From a virus (Duplodnaviria; Caudoviricetes), in IMG/VR virus record IMGVR_UViG_3300031626_000004, positions 1 to 50,266 of that record: a stretch of DNA of 50,266 bases. One strand, written 5' to 3'. Within the stretch, counting starts at the first letter, position 1. The number at the start of each line of letters is the position of its first letter. The translations under genes were made by a program, and so were the position numbers. Shown piece by piece: positions 1 to 7,485 of this stretch. A model generated the notes under the pieces. That model searched no databases, had not been told where the DNA came from, and was given only the letters and a program-made list of their open reading frames with translations.

Positions 1-14
1 TTATTGAATAGTTG

Positions 15-43
15 TTGACGGCTTGTTGGTAGTTTGATAATCT
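15..43 (+). promoter_or_regulatory. sigma70-type promoter
   Basis: TTGACG (15-20), 17 bp spacer, TAATCT (38-43), with extended -10 TG at 35-36. Confidence 0.65.
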
Positions 44-89
44 AAACCTGCGCTACTAATGGCGCTTCAATTAAAGGAAGTTCTGTACC

Positions 90-296
90 ATGAAATCATC
101 ATACACAAACCCTCTTGAAATCGAGATCAGCATCGATCTCGGCATTGGGGAAGTCCAGACCATTGTTACCGCGCTGGAAAAGATCGTTGAGGCAGGCGAG
201 AATACATACTCGGCAAGAGAACTACTCAAGTCTCTCAATACCGCCAAGTCTGAAAGTGTTCGACAATTGCGAGACAGCCTCAAGCACTACGCATAA
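90..296 (+). CDS. hypothetical early protein (68 aa)
   Basis: ORF with AAGGA RBS, bracketed by its own promoter and terminator. Confidence 0.7.
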   Translation: MKSSYTNPLEIEISIDLGIGEVQTIVTALEKIVEAGENTYSARELLKSLNTAKSESVRQLRDSLKHYA

Positions 297-299
297 AGC

Positions 300-325
300 A
301 AGGGCCCTTCGGGGCCCTTTTCTTT
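300..325 (+). terminator. intrinsic terminator
   Basis: AAGGGCCC-TTCG-GGGCCCTT (C-UUCG-G tetraloop) followed by a T-rich tract, directly after the stop at 296. Confidence 0.85.
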
Positions 326-385
326 GCCCGCTGCGCTCGAGCCTGGATCCCGCGCCCGCCCGCCAGGGCAAAGAAACAAAAAGGC

Positions 386-460
386 CAGGGCGCAGGGCGC
401 AAGGCAAAGAAAAAAGCCAGGGCGCAAGGCGCAAGGTAAAAAGAAACCAAGGCGCAAGGT
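386..460 (+). repeat. GGCGCA(A/G) heptamer array 1 with A-tracts
   Basis: GGCGCA at 389, 396, 421, 428, 451, separated by A-rich spacers. Confidence 0.85.
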
Positions 461-470
461 AAAATAAAAC

Positions 471-498
471 TTGCATCCCGGCCACATTCTGCTAACAT
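471..498 (+). promoter_or_regulatory. sigma70-type promoter
   Basis: TTGCAT (471-476), 16 bp spacer ending TGC (extended -10), TAACAT (493-498). Confidence 0.55.
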
Positions 499-531
499 AA
501 AACTCTATCTCAATTAAAAAGGAATCAAATC

Positions 532-1224
532 ATGAAAGCCGGAATCATCTACAACGGGCCAAGCCTATTGGATGGAAAATCAATCGTTGTTATTGCGACG
601 TTCTCAAACCGAAACACCAAAACGGGCGCTGTTGTGCAAACTTATATCTTGCGCAGCGATATAAACCCGCTCGAAGCAAGCAAGACGGGCGAAGACTTCT
701 CAATATGTGGTGATTGCACCATGCGCGGGGAAGTAACAACGGACCCCAAGCGCAAGCAAGCCAAGGCGCGGCGCTGTTATGTTAACTTAGGCCAAGGCGT
801 TTTGATTGTTTACAAATCATTCCTGCGTGGCGTTTACCCAACCGCGGACAATGTAGCAGATCGCAACACCATAGGGCGCGGGCGCTTCGTTCGCATCGGT
901 ACATACGGGGATCCCGCAGCGGTTCCCGCGCATGTGTGGACAGATCTGCTAGCAGAGGCCACCACGTTTACAGCATATTCACATCAATCCGGCTGGCGGC
1001 CAGATATTGCCATGCAAAGCGCAGACAATCGCGCCCAAGCAATAGCGCATTGGAAAGCTGGACGTCGCACCTTTCGCGTAATCGCGGATCTTGGAGAATT
1101 AGACAAGGCAAATGAGGCGCTTTGTCCTGCATCAAAGGAAGCAGGCCGTCGCGTACAATGCACAGCCTGCAAACTTTGCAAGGGATCGAGCAAAGGAAAA
1201 TCAATCGCAATCGTGGAGCACTAA
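532..1224 (+). CDS. Cys-rich radical-SAM-like / phage Gp88-like protein
   Basis: ICGDC...CYV, RIGTYGDP, YSH, MQSAD, CPA...CTACKLC motifs; AAGGA RBS. Confidence 0.6.
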   Translation: MKAGIIYNGPSLLDGKSIVVIATFSNRNTKTGAVVQTYILRSDINPLEASKTGEDFSICGDCTMRGEVTTDPKRKQAKARRCYVNLGQGVLIVYKSFLRGVYPTADNVADRNTIGRGRFVRIGTYGDPAAVPAHVWTDLLAEATTFTAYSHQSGWRPDIAMQSADNRAQAIAHWKAGRRTFRVIADLGELDKANEALCPASKEAGRRVQCTACKLCKGSSKGKSIAIVEH

Positions 1225-1225
1225 A

Positions 1226-1342
1226 ATGACCGACCAGGAAATCATAGATATATTTGATAGAGATTTAAACATCACGCTAGCAGAGTTGGCCCGCATGTCG
1301 GGCCGCTCAGTTAAGGCCATAAAGAAGATTTTGATGGCATAA
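1226..1342 (+). CDS. 38-aa mini HTH protein
   Basis: MTDQEIIDIFDRDLNITLAELARMSGRSVKAIKKILMA; GGAG RBS; starts 1 nt after the upstream stop; paralog at 42938-43075. Confidence 0.7.
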   Translation: MTDQEIIDIFDRDLNITLAELARMSGRSVKAIKKILMA

Positions 1343-1345
1343 CAT

Positions 1346-1376
1346 AGGACCGCGGGCCACGGCTCGCGGTCCTTTT
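1346..1376 (+). terminator. intrinsic terminator
   Basis: AGGACCGCGGGC-CACG-GCTCGCGGTCCT followed by TTT. Confidence 0.75.
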
Positions 1377-1382
1377 GCTGTT

Positions 1383-1415
1383 AAGGTTAACAAACAACCC
1401 CAGTTTGTTAACCTT
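1383..1415. repeat. 13-bp perfect inverted repeat
   Basis: AAGGTTAACAAAC-7 nt-GTTTGTTAACCTT. Confidence 0.85.
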
Positions 1416-1449
1416 TTGCTGTCATCGGGGGAAACTCCCCCAGAAAACA

Positions 1450-1585
1450 AGGCCGCAGGGCGCAAGGCCATAGAATCAAGGCGCAGGGCGCAGGGCGCAA
1501 GACAATCGATCCACCAAAACAGGGCGCAAGGCACCAAAAAACGCAGGAATAGAGGCGCAGGACAGGACGCAGGGCGCAAGGCACC
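1450..1585 (+). repeat. GGCGCA(A/G) heptamer array 2
   Basis: GGCGCA at 1459, 1480, 1487, 1494, 1523, 1554, 1573 plus degenerate copies; same orientation as array 1. Confidence 0.85.
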
Positions 1586-1898
1586 CCGAATCTAGGACCG
1601 TGGACCCCGAATCACCCCCAAATAAAAGTAGTTCACGGGTCAAGGACCTCTTTACCAAGAAGAAACTTGCCCCCCCACGCGCCCAATATGCAGCATGCCA
1701 CGCAATTTGATGGGGGGAGACTTTTATCGCATTTGATTTACTAACCTTTAATTCAAGCCAGAAGGGCAAGCCATCCCAGACAGCGTGAACGTCAGGAACA
1801 CCGCCGCCGTGCTTGTTTTCAATCCTTGTCGCGTGGCAATTCTTCGGCAAGTTCGACCGAATTGAGTTCCAAAAGTTCGCCTCTGGCCCCTTGCTCAT
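1476..1898 (-). CDS. VRR-NUC / Holliday-junction-resolvase-like PD-(D/E)XK nuclease
   Basis: PEANFW...RIEN...GVPD...FWLELK...SPHQIAW motifs. Confidence 0.8.
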   Translation of the reverse strand: MSKGPEANFWNSIRSNLPKNCHATRIENKHGGGVPDVHAVWDGLPFWLELKVSKSNAIKVSPHQIAWHAAYWARGGASFFLVKRSLTRELLLFGGDSGSTVLDSGCLAPCVLSCASIPAFFGALRPVLVDRLSCALRPAP

Positions 1899-2388
1899 TG
1901 GTCACGTCCTTGTAATTGCCTTCGATCTGGAAGGCCTGTGGATATTTCTTCTGGAGATCAGCCAATCGACCGACAATTTCATCACGAGACAGCGCGTCAA
2001 TCGTGTTGACTTGCTCCCGCCTATCGACAGTCAAACCACCCAAGGCTGCGCGTATTTTCTCCGCGTTGATGGCAGCAGAAAACTGTCCTGCGTCCTCCGC
2101 TCCGCTACTTAGTTGATGCAGACGCTGAAGCTGGCCTATCGTGGTGACGCCATAGCGGCGCTCTCGTTCTGTTCTGAGGTCTTGGATGTACTCAAGGACA
2201 TGAGGGTAGTCTCTACCGTTCAGCAGTTTGGATGCTTGATTATCGGCGACATTAGGAGAAAACCCAGCCTTGCGAGCGCACTCAGCATTGGAGTAGATGC
2301 CTTCGACTATGTGTCTGGCAAAAGTCATTTGGCGGTTGGTCAGGGTCCGCCCGTATTCTTCTTCGATCTTCTTCTTGGCAGTTGTCAT
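1819..2388 (-). CDS. terS: terminase small subunit
   Basis: LTNRQMTFARHIV...NAECARKAGFS...ASKLL HTH, SAAINAEKIR; ATG at 2388 with GAGGG RBS. Confidence 0.75.
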   Translation of the reverse strand: MTTAKKKIEEEYGRTLTNRQMTFARHIVEGIYSNAECARKAGFSPNVADNQASKLLNGRDYPHVLEYIQDLRTERERRYGVTTIGQLQRLHQLSSGAEDAGQFSAAINAEKIRAALGGLTVDRREQVNTIDALSRDEIVGRLADLQKKYPQAFQIEGNYKDVTNEQGARGELLELNSVELAEELPRDKD

Positions 2389-2413
2389 GTGGCCCTCGTT
2401 GTTCTTTGGATAC

Positions 2414-2442
2414 AAGTTATATCAAAGGGCTTACCGTTGCAA
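2414..2442 (-). promoter_or_regulatory. leftward promoter for terS / nuclease
   Basis: minus strand TTGCAA, 17 bp, TAACTT. Confidence 0.55.
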
Positions 2443-2475
2443 CTTCCCTATATAGACACTTTTTCCAGAGAAAAG

Positions 2476-2631
2476 TGACGCAAATGACTCAAAAAGACTC
2501 AACTATGGGCTGGTACAGATATAAAAATAAGGGGTTGAGTCAATGCGTCAATTGAGTCAGCATATTTGGATTGCATTTTCAAAAAAAACTAAAACCTGTG
2601 AGAATACTGTCTATAGTGACGCATTGACGCG
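2476..2631. repeat. TGAC(G/T)CA motif cluster (8 copies, both orientations)
   Basis: Copies at 2476, 2485, 2495, 2617, 2625 and inverted at 2536, 2544, 2553, in an AT-rich intergenic region; two copies have one mismatch. Confidence 0.8.
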
Positions 2632-2640
2632 AATTACTTC

Positions 2641-2669
2641 TTGACCCGTGGACCGAGGTGCAATAACTT
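2641..2669 (+). promoter_or_regulatory. rightward early promoter
   Basis: TTGACC, 17 bp, TAACTT. Confidence 0.65.
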
Positions 2670-2709
2670 GTAGGCAGTACTCAATTAACTCAACCAAGGA
2701 TCAAGGACC

Positions 2710-3210
2710 ATGAAACTAGAACTAAAGAACATCAAGCACACTGCGTGGGCTAGCGAAGAAACCCACTGCTATCAGGCCTCATTGTATGTAGACGGCAAGC
2801 CTGTCGCTATCGTCAGCAACGATGGGCATGGCGGCTGTGACCGTGACTATCGCCACCCCACGTTCAAGAAGGAGTCGGAGGCTTCTGGTGTTCAGCCTTA
2901 TGCTTTTGGTTATCGTGCCAAGATGGCAGAGGTCCACGAATACTTTGCCTCTCTTCCTAAGACTAACGCATGTGATATATTTCCTGACGGCATGGAACAG
3001 ACGCTAGAATTTTGGTGCTGCGATCAGGTCAACGATTGGCTCAGTGCGCGTGAGTTAAAGAAGAAGTTGAAGAAGGAATTTTTGTTCCAGTTTGCGGATG
3101 GCGTGGGTGTGTTTGCTCACAAGGATCGTCCTTCCCGTGCTCACAAGGCTACCATCTTGAACGACATGCCTTTTTCTGATGCGTTGGCTATCTGGAAGGA
3201 GACCGCGTGA
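2710..3210 (+). CDS. hypothetical early protein
   Basis: 166-aa ORF with AAGGA RBS; SEET...NDGHGG phage early-protein pattern. Confidence 0.75.
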   Translation: MKLELKNIKHTAWASEETHCYQASLYVDGKPVAIVSNDGHGGCDRDYRHPTFKKESEASGVQPYAFGYRAKMAEVHEYFASLPKTNACDIFPDGMEQTLEFWCCDQVNDWLSARELKKKLKKEFLFQFADGVGVFAHKDRPSRAHKATILNDMPFSDALAIWKETA

Positions 3211-3404
3211 TGTTGGTACGTTTCCAAGTGACCCGCACAGAGACTTGGTATCCTGAGTACGAGGTTCCAGACCATCTGACCGATGACGAGGTGATGGAAT
3301 ACATCCACCACGAGGTGCCTGACGAGGTGTTTGACGAGATGTTCAACAAGTTCACGTTGAACACTGAAACTGATGTTGAAATTGTGGAGACAACCAATGC
3401 CTAA
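3207..3404 (+). CDS. hypothetical acidic early protein
   Basis: AAGGAG RBS; GTGA overlap with the upstream stop. Confidence 0.7.
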   Translation: MMLVRFQVTRTETWYPEYEVPDHLTDDEVMEYIHHEVPDEVFDEMFNKFTLNTETDVEIVETTNA

Positions 3405-3855
3405 TCATTGCTATCAATCAGTTTACATCAAAGGTCCGCGGGACATGGTGCGGGAACTATACTTTAATCTGGTCAGCAAGACTCCGCGTTTCTGTGACGT
3501 TGTTGTTCCTATGCCCTTGGATCAAGCTGGCAACAGTTACGAGTGGTGCAACAAGAACTGGAATACAAAGTGGGATGTCTGTGACGTTGAGATCGACGAT
3601 AGCGGTCTTGAGCATTCGGACGAGGAGTATCCTATTCCTGTGGCGTGGTTTTCGTTCAAGTGTTGGACGGCGTGGGCTCCACCTGTTCCAGTGTGGGATA
3701 AGTTACATGCGATGGGCATTGAGGTCGAAGCTGATTACGAGGACGAAGGCTGGATGTTCAAGGGCGAGTACAAGAACGGTGAGGACAATTCATGGGAGCC
3801 GACAGCGTTGGATGACGAGCGTTGGGAACCAGAAGCCGAAGAGGAGGATGCGTGA
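3397..3855 (+). CDS. DUF1281 / YubB ferredoxin-like domain protein
   Basis: MPNHC...WCNKNWNTKWD...TAWAPP...YEDEG signature; GGAG RBS. Confidence 0.75.
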   Translation: MPNHCYQSVYIKGPRDMVRELYFNLVSKTPRFCDVVVPMPLDQAGNSYEWCNKNWNTKWDVCDVEIDDSGLEHSDEEYPIPVAWFSFKCWTAWAPPVPVWDKLHAMGIEVEADYEDEGWMFKGEYKNGEDNSWEPTALDDERWEPEAEEEDA

Positions 3856-4040
3856 ACAGCGTATCACACTGCCCCGACTGTAACCACAAACTAATAACAT
3901 GGGACAGCAGACCGCATAATAAGTACGGGTTCCAAACCATACGGCGCAAGAGGAAGTGCGCCAAGTGCGACTATAGATCAGTAACAGTAGAAGTCCCCGA
4001 AGAACTGGGCGACTCAATATTCGAGGAGGATGAACAATGA
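3852..4040 (+). CDS. NrdR-like zinc-ribbon protein lacking the ATP cone
   Basis: CPDC...DSR...IRRKRKCAKCDYRSVTVE; GTG start with GAGGAGG RBS. Confidence 0.75.
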   Translation: MNSVSHCPDCNHKLITWDSRPHNKYGFQTIRRKRKCAKCDYRSVTVEVPEELGDSIFEEDEQ

Positions 4041-4252
4041 TATTCTGGCACATGCTTGTGTTGACATACACAATCGAGGATCAAACTTTTGTTTCGGAGT
4101 TTTTGTTTCGGGATCAGTCTACCTGTGCGAATGCGATGGACGAGATTTATCCTACGATTTACGCTGAGTACCGAGACAGCATGGCGCAGTGCAAACCTAG
4201 TGATGTAGCTTCGGGCTACACGGTGCGTCCGAAGGCGCGGCCTACGTCATGA
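4037..4252 (+). CDS. small protein with hydrophobic N-terminus, 2 Cys and RPKARP tail
   Basis: ATGA overlap; GAGGAGG RBS. Confidence 0.7.
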   Translation: MIFWHMLVLTYTIEDQTFVSEFLFRDQSTCANAMDEIYPTIYAEYRDSMAQCKPSDVASGYTVRPKARPTS

Positions 4253-4401
4253 AGGACACGGTCACGGCTCAACTAAGGAGTAAGATAGCCAAGCAGCGCA
4301 CAGAGATTGCGCGTTTGACGCAGAAATTAGAGCAAGTAACCAAAGAGAAAACCGAATTAGTTCGGGACATACAATGGATGAAAGGAACACATAATGGGTA
4401 A
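4249..4401 (+). CDS. 50-aa coiled-coil protein (not in ORF track)
   Basis: MKDTVTAQLRSKIAKQRTEIARLTQKLEQVTKEKTELVRDIQWMKGTHNG; ATGA overlap; fills the gap between neighbours. Confidence 0.65.
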   Translation: MKDTVTAQLRSKIAKQRTEIARLTQKLEQVTKEKTELVRDIQWMKGTHNG

Positions 4402-4612
4402 GGTAAAAGCGTGGCTAATGGAACTACAGGAAATGAATAGCGTGGGCCCATGTCCGGTGTGCGATGGCGAGGGGTTAGAGGCTGTTGAGGTCTTCAAGTC
4501 TCAGTCATTCAGCCGAGATGTTGGTGAGCCGTATGAAGAGATGCGGCATTGCGAGGCCTGTGACGGGAGCGGGGAGATCGCGTTGGAGGATGAAGATGAC
4601 CGGAGTTATTGA
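4394..4612 (+). CDS. DnaJ-type zinc-finger protein
   Basis: Two CxxCxGxG motifs (CPVCDGEG, CEACDGSG). Confidence 0.75.
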   Translation: MGKVKAWLMELQEMNSVGPCPVCDGEGLEAVEVFKSQSFSRDVGEPYEEMRHCEACDGSGEIALEDEDDRSY

Positions 4613-5471
4613 GGCAGTGCAAACGATCTTAACTAACTATGAAAAAGTTTTTACGCACCCAAGCACCGACTTCACAGATAAGAACGACGTAGATTCCGCT
4701 ATCTCTGACATCAGGGCTTCTGATTTTTACGAGATCAATCGAGACATAACCTTATATATTGATGATGTAAAAGGTGAATTGTTTGGAGCGTATCACACTC
4801 TGGATGAGATTCGGTTACCTGTAGATGCACGACCACCCTCTGACATTTGTTTTTTATATCTAAACAACAGTGAGACTGGATATATAGTTAATAGGTTTGA
4901 AGCGGGAGAAATAAACGCGATTGATGAAACACAAAAATATCCTTGTGTCCTAATCACGCGAGTTTCTAACAAGCATATGCCTATTATTTTTGGGGGGTAT
5001 ATTATATCGGACAAGGAACAAAACAACTCAATTTTCATGGGAGGAGAGTCTCTACGAAAGGGCGACGACTTTGAAAACTTCACGGCAAACGCGGTTGTAA
5101 GTATTGCACTTGCAATAAGTTTAATTAACGAACCGAGGTACGTTGTCCGAGGTAAGGCGGGGACACGACAGGTACGCAAGCAGATGCGTAAAGGTCATGG
5201 CATATCTGTAGATGCGTGGCATAAGATCGAATGGGACATTACCAAGCCTGTTAAAGCAAAAGACGACAGCGATAAATGTGGCTGGCATATGCCTCTTCAC
5301 TACACGCGAGGTCATTGGCGCAGAGGTCAAGATCATTGGGATGATGTTGTGATACGCAAGGACGGCAAGCCTTACAAATGGATCTCTGGGTTTTGGTCTG
5401 GGCACCCTGCGTATGGGGTGAAGAAGAGTTATCATGCACCGAAGTTAGGGAACAACTATGGCAACGTATGA
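4596..5471 (+). CDS. hypothetical protein with C-terminal HxxRGHWR...W-x-G domain
   Basis: GGAGG RBS; LHYTRGHWRR...WISGFWSGHP motif typical of phage early proteins; N-terminal half visibly AT-richer. Confidence 0.7.
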   Translation: MTGVIEAVQTILTNYEKVFTHPSTDFTDKNDVDSAISDIRASDFYEINRDITLYIDDVKGELFGAYHTLDEIRLPVDARPPSDICFLYLNNSETGYIVNRFEAGEINAIDETQKYPCVLITRVSNKHMPIIFGGYIISDKEQNNSIFMGGESLRKGDDFENFTANAVVSIALAISLINEPRYVVRGKAGTRQVRKQMRKGHGISVDAWHKIEWDITKPVKAKDDSDKCGWHMPLHYTRGHWRRGQDHWDDVVIRKDGKPYKWISGFWSGHPAYGVKKSYHAPKLGNNYGNV

Positions 5472-5673
5472 GGTAACCTGTGAGTTCGTTGTTTCGCGCA
5501 CTGTTTGGGTTGATGCGAGGCACGGGGTTGAAGCGAAGGAGCTAGCGAAAGCAGAGATATCGGAACGAGAGGGCATTCCCAGCGATGAGGTTGGGATTGT
5601 TGACGCGCAGCGGGAGATGGTGACGCACCCGTATCAGTTTGATTTATGGAGGGAGGACGAAGATGACAAATAA
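5458..5673 (+). CDS. hypothetical protein
   Basis: 71-aa ORF overlapping the upstream stop. Confidence 0.65.
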   Translation: MATYEVTCEFVVSRTVWVDARHGVEAKELAKAEISEREGIPSDEVGIVDAQREMVTHPYQFDLWREDEDDK

Positions 5674-5731
5674 GCAGATGGATGATATACTAGACGAAGT
5701 ATTTGCGAAGGTTTTCGGAGATTTGTGGTGA
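5663..5731 (+). CDS. 22-aa peptide (not in ORF track)
   Basis: MTNKQMDDILDEVFAKVFGDLW; GGAGG RBS; GTGA coupling to the next ORF. Confidence 0.5.
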   Translation: MTNKQMDDILDEVFAKVFGDLW

Positions 5732-5889
5732 AGGCTGTTTGGAGTAAGTTCAAACCTGGCAAGCCACCACTTGCCCCGAGCACCAAGCACCGGATCGCAG
5801 TTGCAGTAGCAACGGCAACCCGGGGCCGGAAAACCAAACCAGTAACCCTGGCAGCAACGCCGTGGGAATTAACCAAGGAGAAAAAGTAA
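5728..5889 (+). CDS. 53-aa basic protein (not in ORF track)
   Basis: MKAVWSKFKPGK...KPVTLAATPWELTKEKK; GGAG RBS; TAATG coupling downstream. Confidence 0.55.
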   Translation: MKAVWSKFKPGKPPLAPSTKHRIAVAVATATRGRKTKPVTLAATPWELTKEKK

Positions 5890-6281
5890 TGTACCAAATA
5901 ACGTGGAGCAAGTTGCAGCATGTGCCGTCGAACGGTCATAACTTTGTGGACACATGGCACGAGGTGATTGATTGGATTGCCGAGATGGATGAATCAGAGG
6001 GCGTGAACTATTGGACGGTGTCTGTTGTTTGCGATGGCAGCAATTCGGAGCATGTTGAGTTTTATCCGGAGGGCACGTTGGAGAAAGCTAGGTTGATGGA
6101 CAACTTGGCGAAGATGATGCCTGACATGGATCACTCGGAGGTCAGTGCCGCGTTGATGAATTTCGCTGCGAAGTACTGGGACCCAGAGGACATGGTCACG
6201 GGCTTTAATATGTTGGCGCATGTTTCCTCGAACGTTGCTAAAGGCAGGGTCAAGGCGGAAGCTAAGAGGAAGATGAATTGA
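5889..6281 (+). CDS. hypothetical protein
   Basis: ATG at 5889 with AAGGAG RBS. Confidence 0.7.
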   Translation: MYQITWSKLQHVPSNGHNFVDTWHEVIDWIAEMDESEGVNYWTVSVVCDGSNSEHVEFYPEGTLEKARLMDNLAKMMPDMDHSEVSAALMNFAAKYWDPEDMVTGFNMLAHVSSNVAKGRVKAEAKRKMN

Positions 6282-6282
6282 T

Positions 6283-6471
6283 ATGGAAGATAAGAAGCTG
6301 AACCCGTCTCAAGAATCAGTTTTGACCTTCCTTCGCAATCAGGTGGATCGATTACAACAGGAACGACACAGGCGGGACACGCACCCGTTGACAGAAAACC
6401 AATACTGGCATGCGGTGGAGGACTTGAAGGCCTTTACCCGCACGTTACGCAAAGAAGGTAAGAACATATGA
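6283..6471 (+). CDS. hypothetical protein
   Basis: 62-aa ORF in a tightly packed operon. Confidence 0.7.
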   Translation: MEDKKLNPSQESVLTFLRNQVDRLQQERHRRDTHPLTENQYWHAVEDLKAFTRTLRKEGKNI

Positions 6472-6809
6472 GCACAGGAAAGCAGGCTGTATTCGAGGAT
6501 TACTATCGCAGTCTTTGGCTCAAGCAGTTGGTAATTGATAAGAAGGGAAACCCTTTGGCGCGTGAGCGCAGCGCACACCAGAAGAACGGTGACATGTGCG
6601 GGAAGTTTGGCGGGGTTCGCAAGACCCTGAAGCTCTCGAAGCAAGCGGAGATTATCAACCGGATGCTGCTTGATAAGATGCTTGGGCGTCAGATCGGGGA
6701 ACTGTTGGGCATTAGCCAGCAGGCAGTGAGCGACATCAAGAGACGATATGGATTACCCAGGGCTCTGGAAGAAGTAGCCGGAACACAAACAAACAACGAA
6801 GAGGAATAG
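6468..6809 (+). CDS. HTH DNA-binding protein
   Basis: C-terminal GRQIGELLGISQQAVSDIKRRYGL. Confidence 0.75.
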   Translation: MSTGKQAVFEDYYRSLWLKQLVIDKKGNPLARERSAHQKNGDMCGKFGGVRKTLKLSKQAEIINRMLLDKMLGRQIGELLGISQQAVSDIKRRYGLPRALEEVAGTQTNNEEE

Positions 6810-6813
6810 AAAC

Positions 6814-7251
6814 ATGGAAGATATGAGAAAAGCATTCGAAACTAACAAGATGCGTGTGATGATTGAGTCAGTGTCCTATACGGGCAGCGCGTTCGGATCG
6901 AATGAGGATGGAGATTCAGTATTCTTCAACCAAAGGTTGGTAGAGAAGGTGGAGCTAGAGATGGGCGACATTGTCGAGGCCCATGCGATCCCGAACTACG
7001 AGGACAAGCGGCACGAGACACCATGGCGGGCGATCAGGGTTGCTGTTGTTGGCAAAGGGGATTTATATGCCACACCTCCGACCGTCCCAGCCGAGGATCA
7101 GATCAAAGAGTACCTGCGAAATGAGGGTTATGCCATGACGGTCTCGGAGCTCGCTGAGATTTTAAGTTTCACCGATGAAGAGATTGAAAAGTGTTTAAGC
7201 GAGGACAAGAACTTCACATTAGTCCCTGCATACATCTGGTCGGGAGTTTAA
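6814..7251 (+). CDS. OB-fold (cold-shock-like) plus winged-HTH protein
   Basis: SAFG...GDSVFF...GDIV...WRAIRV, then MTVSELAEIL. Confidence 0.55.
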   Translation: MEDMRKAFETNKMRVMIESVSYTGSAFGSNEDGDSVFFNQRLVEKVELEMGDIVEAHAIPNYEDKRHETPWRAIRVAVVGKGDLYATPPTVPAEDQIKEYLRNEGYAMTVSELAEILSFTDEEIEKCLSEDKNFTLVPAYIWSGV

Positions 7252-7281
7252 CTTGCGCCCTGCTAATGTATGCTCTATAAG
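7252..7281 (+). promoter_or_regulatory. promoter of the RHH gene, overlapped by an inverted GGCGCA 12-mer
   Basis: CTTGCG-17-CTATAA (alphaproteobacterial-style); 7252-7263 is the reverse complement of GCAGGGCGCAAG. Confidence 0.6.
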
Positions 7282-7304
7282 TGGGCAACAAATAGGAGGG
7301 CATC

Positions 7305-7478
7305 ATGGCTCGGAAAAAGTTAGACGACAAAGACAAGCAGAAGTTTCAGAACGTGGGCCTCATCAAACAGGACCACGAACTGCTGCGCGAGTTAGCTGAA
7401 GGCGAGCAGCGGTCCATGGCCCGCCAGTTATCGGTATTGATTCGCAAAGCTGTTGCAGAAAATCGAGATCAAGTTTAA
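7305..7478 (+). CDS. 57-aa ribbon-helix-helix (Arc/CopG-like) regulator (not in ORF track)
   Basis: MARKKLDDKDKQKFQNVGLIKQDHELLRELAEGEQRSMARQLSVLIRKAV; AGGAGG RBS. Confidence 0.75.
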   Translation: MARKKLDDKDKQKFQNVGLIKQDHELLRELAEGEQRSMARQLSVLIRKAVAENRDQV

Positions 7479-7485
7479 ACTATAG

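Noticed and set aside
115-498. Overlapping ORFs on both strands with LAPC/ALRP or GARRK repeats
   Set aside because: They are translations of the non-coding GGCGCA array and cross a terminator
1381-1411. CtrA box (TTAA-N7-TTAA)
   Set aside because: TTAA half-sites are 2 and 17 nt apart, not 7
386-1585. CRISPR-like array
   Set aside because: Repeats are only 7-12 bp with irregular spacing, and no cas genes are present
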